A DNA stretch of 64,000 nucleotides, the filler included, from Stramenopiles sp. TOSAG23-6 (taxonomy: Eukaryota): the NCBI GenBank assembly GCA_900128565.1. It is 5 parts of 5 records of this genome, joined end to end, with 100 filler letters (N's around TTAATTAATTAA, not from the genome) between each part and the next. Parts side by side here need not be neighbours in the genome. Positions count along the whole stretch, not along the records: positions 52,640 to 64,000 come from LT636265.1; 4 more parts are not named here. The stretch is one strand, 5' to 3'. The notes under the pieces are model-generated. The model was not told where the DNA came from. It worked only from the letters and a program-made list of their open reading frames with translations, and did not search any database. Of the stretch, positions 58,301 to 64,000 are shown one piece after another. Each line of letters begins with the position of its first letter. The stretch's first letter is position 1. The translations under genes were made by a program, and so were the position numbers.

Positions 58301-60845
58301 GATAATTTCTGAGGTAAATGTTCTAACTATTACAAGCCCTATTTTAAAAGATATTTCATACCGTTCAGGGTATCTGAACCATAATACATCTCTACGTGAA
58401 TCATTTGTTGTTCCGTGTCCGTTTGCGGTGAAGTCTACGTCACTGTATCAGGGAGCAGATTGGACACCAATGCACTCCGTGTGGGCTCGACGACGATACT
58501 TCACTTGTGATGCAAAATCTTTCTTCGATATCCCAAGCAACATAGAATGTATGTTTGCTAAAGATTGGGCACGGCTAGAAAGTTCATCATCATTTCGCAC
58601 CTTTGTAACAGAATGCGATCTTCCAGAGCTAAAAGGTAAAGATATGGATGATAAAAAACCCATGGAAAATCTCAAGAAGAGATTTAGAAAGATGTATGAT
58701 GAGATTGTTTCTGTTTTTGATTGGGCTCGTGCTGATGGTTGCTGTGCTACAAATGAATGTGTAGGTAGTGTCAGTGTCAGTATCGATATGCCTACATTCA
58801 CTTCTATACTACAAAAAGCTCAAATCTGTGGGAGAAATACCATAATGTCAAACATTGAGATCGAGAAGATATTTTTAGTTGCTGCAGAAATTGGAAGAGA
58901 AATACATCTACAACTTTTGAATTCTGATACTAATTACGATCGTTTGGGTTTAATGCGGTTTGAGTTCTGTGCTGCTCTTTGCTACGTTGCGTTCCGCTTA
59001 TTCATGAGAAAATCAACCGATAAAACTTACTCGGAAGACACACATAATTTCTCACCCGGAAGTAAAACTTATATTACACTCCCGCGTGCCTTGAGATTGT
59101 TATGGGAACAGTGGATAGCACCCGGATTACCTTCAGAAGCAGTGACAAGTCGTCGATCTTTCCGAAAGAATCGACTGTATACAAGAGATATAGATACCGT
59201 CGTTGAAAGATGGTTACCAAAACTACAGAAATTATTCCAGAAAACAGCACAAAATACGATTAAAAGGGGTACCTCAAATAATTGTTTTTTTCCAAGTGAC
59301 TTTAATAAAGATATTTCCGAGGAATCAACTGATGCATATGCAATGCATCGTTTAAGAGGTGATCAGTTTTATGCGTTGCTACAGCATGGAGGTGTTGTTG
59401 ATGCTGTGTTTACTGAAAGGGAAGCTCGGCTAGCTGTAGTTTGGGCTTTAACACAATGTCAAGACGAGCTTTTTCCACGAAATGGGAAATCAGCTACAAC
59501 AACTCTTTCCTTTGAAGACTTTGTAGAAGCCTTAGTGATTGTTGCATGTCTGAAACCAATGCCAAGCTTAGCAGAAATTAAAGGGTGCATGAATACTTTT
59601 AGTATCAGGGAACGTAGAAATCTAGATTATATTTCAACTGGAAATAAGCTTCGCAAACTTGCCCCATTCTATACTGCATGGAAAATTCTAGAGCATAGAA
59701 GTTACAATAACCGAGAAGGTTCTGCGGCGTCCCGGTATAGTAATACTCTTATATTGGGATATGAATCTTCCTCATCTTCAGATGATGATGATCCAGAGCT
59801 CAATCAATGCTATTTAGAAAGCCCTAATAAACTAAATACTGCAGATATAGAAAAATTGCAAAATAAAGCATCAAAACAAAAAAGAAATGACAATCAAAAT
59901 GACATTAATCATGCAAAGTACCAAGACCCAACAGATAAATCCAATGCAAATTTACAACATCTGGTAGAAGGGCCGCATGTAAACATGCCTCTTTGGAATA
60001 CACTTGAAGCTGAAATAATTGGTATCATGAAGAGCAAGAAGAAGCTTTTACATTTGTGGAATAATTTAGATAGCAATCGCAATGGTGTAGTGTCCTTGCG
60101 CGAGGTTTTGGAATTCACCAAACGAAAATGGAGAAGATTGAGCTACAAGCCTGCAGTTACTCGAGCTTTTTGTGCGATTTGTAGAGAAACAGGCAATATA
60201 AAAAACTGTTTTATCAGAAAGATGGAATTTAAACAATTATTAAGGAATATCTTTTATTTCAACCAAATATGGGCATTTTTTTGTATCGCTGATCACCATC
60301 AAGGTACAAATAAAAATATTGAAGTAACCCGCAATGGTCATGCCTTAGATTTCCGAGAATTCCGAAAAGGTCTGAAAAGTTTACGTATTCAAATGGATAA
60401 GAAACAAGCAAGAGAAGAGTTCCAATCTATTGATACTAACTGGTCTGGAACAATTACTTTTGACGATTTTTGTATTTGGTTTGCGGCTCTTCGACATCCT
60501 ATAGAAGATGATGATGTTGATGATACTACATTTGTCAACAGTACCAGTGAAACAAATCTGACTATTACAACTGATGACAATTACAGCTCTAGTAAAAATA
60601 ATGGCAATATCAAGAATAAAAATAAAGTTTTAGATTATGAAGAAATTGCGAAAACAAACAAATCTATGACAGATATTGTCATGGAACATGAAGAAAAAGT
60701 AGTACAAGACATGGAACATGAAGAAAAAGTAGTACAAGAGTATAACATTCGAGCAAATACAGGTAGGTGGAAAATACATGAAAGATTTGAAATGTTATTA
60801 CATCTGATAGAGGACTCATTGTTATTTAAAGACAAGTCAACGTAA
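55349..60845 (+). CDS. Large LRR + Cys/His zinc-finger-like + EF-hand protein, 2 exons
   Basis: IDVSYNTIG, LNVENCGL, LKIGWNPIG; CTDFN..C....C...H; DSNRNGVVSLRE, DTNWSGTITFDDF. Confidence 0.8.
55634..55825 (+). repeat. 96-bp coding tandem duplication
   Basis: DISDALNESKSSVLNIDENG twice. Confidence 0.85.
56378..56471 (+). mobile_element. Introner-like intron, GT...TT, TT repeated
   Basis: Joins the 55349 and 56412 ORFs: LNLENLNI|GFTRA. Confidence 0.78.
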
Positions 60846-60972
60846 ATCTTGCATATACATTATGTACATATCTGAAAAAATACACAATCGATATTAAAAC
60901 TTGATCATACAAATAAAAGTATTATTGATGTTTGTACCAATTAGTACGGAAGTTTTATAATCTTTAACATAT

Positions 60973-63703
60973 TTATTTCTTCATATTAATCACTCCATCA
61001 ATCCGAAGTAACTGCTGGATGAGAGTTGTCATTTGTCGCGCACCAGAAGTTTTCACATTGAATGGCTCAACTGTGTATTTTGGAAAAATATTTCAAAAAA
61101 AAAATCGTTAGGTACCAAATTTCGTACGAAAAAAAAATCGAAATTGAAAAAAAAATAAAACATACATATTTGCATTAAAAGCATCTGAAAGAGTTGAGTG
61201 TGCAAGCTCCGATGATCTCAAAACTGATTTTCTCCTATCATTTCCTGATGATACCATTGAAATTTTATCTTTATTTTCTTTATTAATGCCAACAATTGGT
61301 ACACTTATTATTCCAGTATCACAGCGTTTATTTATACTCGTTATATTTGTTTTCTCATTTTCTATACTGTCTAGATTTTCACAATGAGAATTCTCTTTTT
61401 CTGAACTAGATAAATCTTCAGTTCTATGAGAATGGGCCCGACACAAACTATCCAAAAGTATCATTATTTTACGTGTATTACGGTTTTTCTGTACACGAGA
61501 AATATCATTTATATTATAAAAAGAATTTCTCTCTGGTTGTCTTGTACCATTTATATTATACAACGAATTTCTTTCTGGATATTTTGTACTATAATTACTA
61601 CTAATGCTTTTTTGTACTGCGTTTCTCGCCAGAGCTTCAGCTGGTGCTAAATAACCTGATGCAAGGATATGATAAACAACTTTTAAATACTGATTTTGCC
61701 CATGGAATATAGAAACTTTTGTATTATTCCTCTCTGTAAATGATGTAAACAAACAATGTAGTTTTGCTTCAAATGAACCTGCTCCAGCGACAAGCTGTAA
61801 AGAAGGATCTTCCGACCAAGCTCGGAGAAATCGAATACTCCGACGTATGTATTTTAGGAAAATATTTTCATGTTTTTTTTTTGTTAAGTATAAAATTTCG
61901 TACGAAATATAAATTAATTTAAAATTGATCCTGACCTGAAAACATACATTGATAACGAGTATTCCTGTAACAATCCTTGTGTCGGCGCTCGGAGTAAAAA
62001 TTGACATAATTTACTTTGGTTGATTACATTTGACTTGTTGATATTCGTTTTACTTTGGTTGTTTACAGTTGACTTGTTGATATTCTTTTCATTAAAAGTA
62101 TACTTAATACCTTTTATATATACAAATTGTTTCGGACCAAGTGAATACAAGGATGCACCAGCAGCATAACCTAAGGCAGCATTTTGAAGAGTTTCTTTCG
62201 AACAATCAACCATGTTGGTGACAAAATATTTTGAAAAATATTTGTTAGGTACAAAATTTCGTACCAAAAAATATACATTTGAAATTCATCATGAAAACAT
62301 ATAAAGGCATACCAATTCCACTTCTTGTACATAGAATGGAAGCACATTCATCACTTATCCAAGCAACACCACGCATTCCTCGTGCATCACAACAACTCGC
62401 AACTGTATCCGACAGTTGACAAGTTGATAAAATTAAATTAACACCTCGATTTTGAAGTAATTCTAAACACTGATTGATTCTAATTGATTCAAATGTGACA
62501 ACGTGACTATAATCGATTGCAGTTGCGACATGTATTGTGAAAAAAAAAAAAAAAATTTAAATGTTTTTTGTTAGGTACGAAATTTCGTACGAAAAAAAAA
62601 ATTAAATCGATTTTTCTGTAAAAAAAAAAATAAAACATACATGAACAGATGCGCGTTCACTGGCTAAAACAGATGTACTATTTTTTGACCAAGATAGGGC
62701 ACATGAAAGAACAATGAAACAAACAGGTTCATTAGAGTTAGTATTCTTACGAAGATATATTGTGAAACATATTTTGTTGTAGTAAAACAATTGGTTAAAA
62801 AAAAATCTTTTTCGTTTACGTACAAAATTTCATACTAAAAAAAAAATGAAATTCATCGTAGAAAAAAAAAATAAATTCGAAATTGAAAAAAAAAAGTACA
62901 TGCGCTCTTAGGAAAGGTTTTGATAAGAGAACTCCATTACCCACTGGGCGTGATTGAGAAAGTGAACCATAGCAAACTTCACATATACTTTCATTTTCTT
63001 TAATTGCCTGTAATACATTGTACAATTCCACACCAAGGGCTAAGCCCCTTTTTTTAGTTTTACCGAAATTGCGTATGTTTTGAAGCCAGTCAGTGACAAG
63101 TTGGGTTAAGATTTTCGCAGTAGATTGATTATAGGACGCAGCAAAATGAGTATTCAAAACATGACGAATATACTTCTTTAGTTCAGTAATATCTGTTCCA
63201 CCTTTTTTATTATCTTCAAGAATTTTTTTTTTTTTTTTTGATGGAACATGTTTAGTATCCACTAGTTGCCAAACAACCCAACTGCGCATTGACTTCTCAA
63301 GGATTCCACGTGTCCAGAGATGCTGAACATGCGTCATACTATGTGACAATATTGAAAGCCACTCTCTGGTATTTCCACATGCCCATTCAAATTTAGTAGA
63401 AGACGTGTGAACAAACGAGACAATTTCTGAAATAGCAGCATGTAAAGAAATAATGAGTGACGTGCAACCATCACCGTGTAAACGACTAAATTCTTTCACT
63501 GTTTTGAAAATAAATCGCGCGATTGGGTCCTTTATTGATGATTCTATGGAACGAAGAATAGCAGCTCCTGAATTAGTGACTAATATAGTATTATAAGAAG
63601 ATACCAACATCTTGTCTGAACCAAGAGGGCCCAGAGAAGAGTTTACTAAATCGTTTAATACCTCGGAAATTTGATAAAGTCGTCGCAAGAGCGGCTGCTC
63701 CAT
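60973..63703 (-). CDS. Divergent group II chaperonin-like protein (BBS10-like), 6 exons
   Basis: SSLGPLGSDK, DPIAR, GDG, LRAPT, AGAGSFE, IVEP..VK, LLRID. Confidence 0.7.
61073..61165 (-). mobile_element. Introner-like intron, GT...AC
   Basis: NANI|VEPFNVK; the AG 2 nt downstream would give an immediate TGA. Confidence 0.85.
61847..61947 (-). mobile_element. Introner-like intron, GT...AT, AT repeated
   Basis: EYSLSI|RRSIRF in frame. Confidence 0.8.
62212..62302 (-). mobile_element. Introner-like intron starting ATATG (AT...AT)
   Basis: Full consensus body; GMPL|VDCS in frame. Confidence 0.65.
62530..62640 (-). mobile_element. Introner-like intron, GT...AT, AT repeated
   Basis: ASVH|VATA in frame. 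Confidence 0.8.
62755..62899 (-). mobile_element. Introner-like intron, GT...AT, AT repeated
   Basis: FLRAH|LRKNT in frame. Confidence 0.75.
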
Positions 63704-63928
63704 GATTCAATAAATTGTGCTGATGAATCTATATAGAATAAACTCTACGATATCCAACAATAATCATGACGACAATATTTGAGGTTTCATTATCATTGTA
63801 TAATATTATAGTCCGCCAATGAATGATCGAGTTGTCGGCCACAGTGAGAGAGCAGAAGAAGAAGAGCGATCTGATGTCTCAGAACATCATCGGCCGACCG
63901 GTCGACCGGAATTTTTGACGTGAGTATA

Positions 63929-64000
63929 ACAGTCATGGCCGAGTTTGGTCTAAGGCGCCACGTTAAGGTCGTGGTCTCGTCAGAGGCGTGGGTTCAAATC
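63929..64000 (+). tRNA. tRNA-Leu(AAG), cut by window end
   Basis: TGGCCGAG..TGGTCTAAGGC D-arm, CCACG/CGTGG stem around TTAAGGT, long variable arm, GGTTCAAATC. Confidence 0.85.

Overview
AT-rich eukaryotic (probably flagellated protist) DNA. It is made of five unrelated contigs of about 13 kb or less, joined by artificial N..TTAATTAATTAA..N linkers, and holds about 37 protein genes plus a truncated tRNA-Leu. The main signal is a dispersed family of about 90-185 nt introner-like elements: 26 complete copies, 4 cut by gaps and 1 possibly inverted. Approximate consensus: GTAYGTTTT..AATTTC..TTTTCGTACGAAATTTTGTACCTAAC..AAATATTTTTTCACAATAC-NN. Every complete copy interrupts a coding sequence in the sense orientation, and conserved protein motifs are restored when the copy is removed. 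Only 2 of 26 end in AG; by my reading the rest end in AT (17), AC (3), AA, GA, TT, or are ambiguous (1). In 16 of 26 the last two nucleotides repeat the last two nucleotides of the upstream exon, like a 2-bp target-site duplication. This points to mobile introns removed without a 3' AG, alongside ordinary GT-AG introns in the same genome. Secondary points: a eukaryotic PKS ending in KR-ACP-sulfotransferase-thioesterase, a DmdA-like aminomethyltransferase, and telomere-type motifs in promoters. All calls come from reading the sequence by eye; no searches were run.
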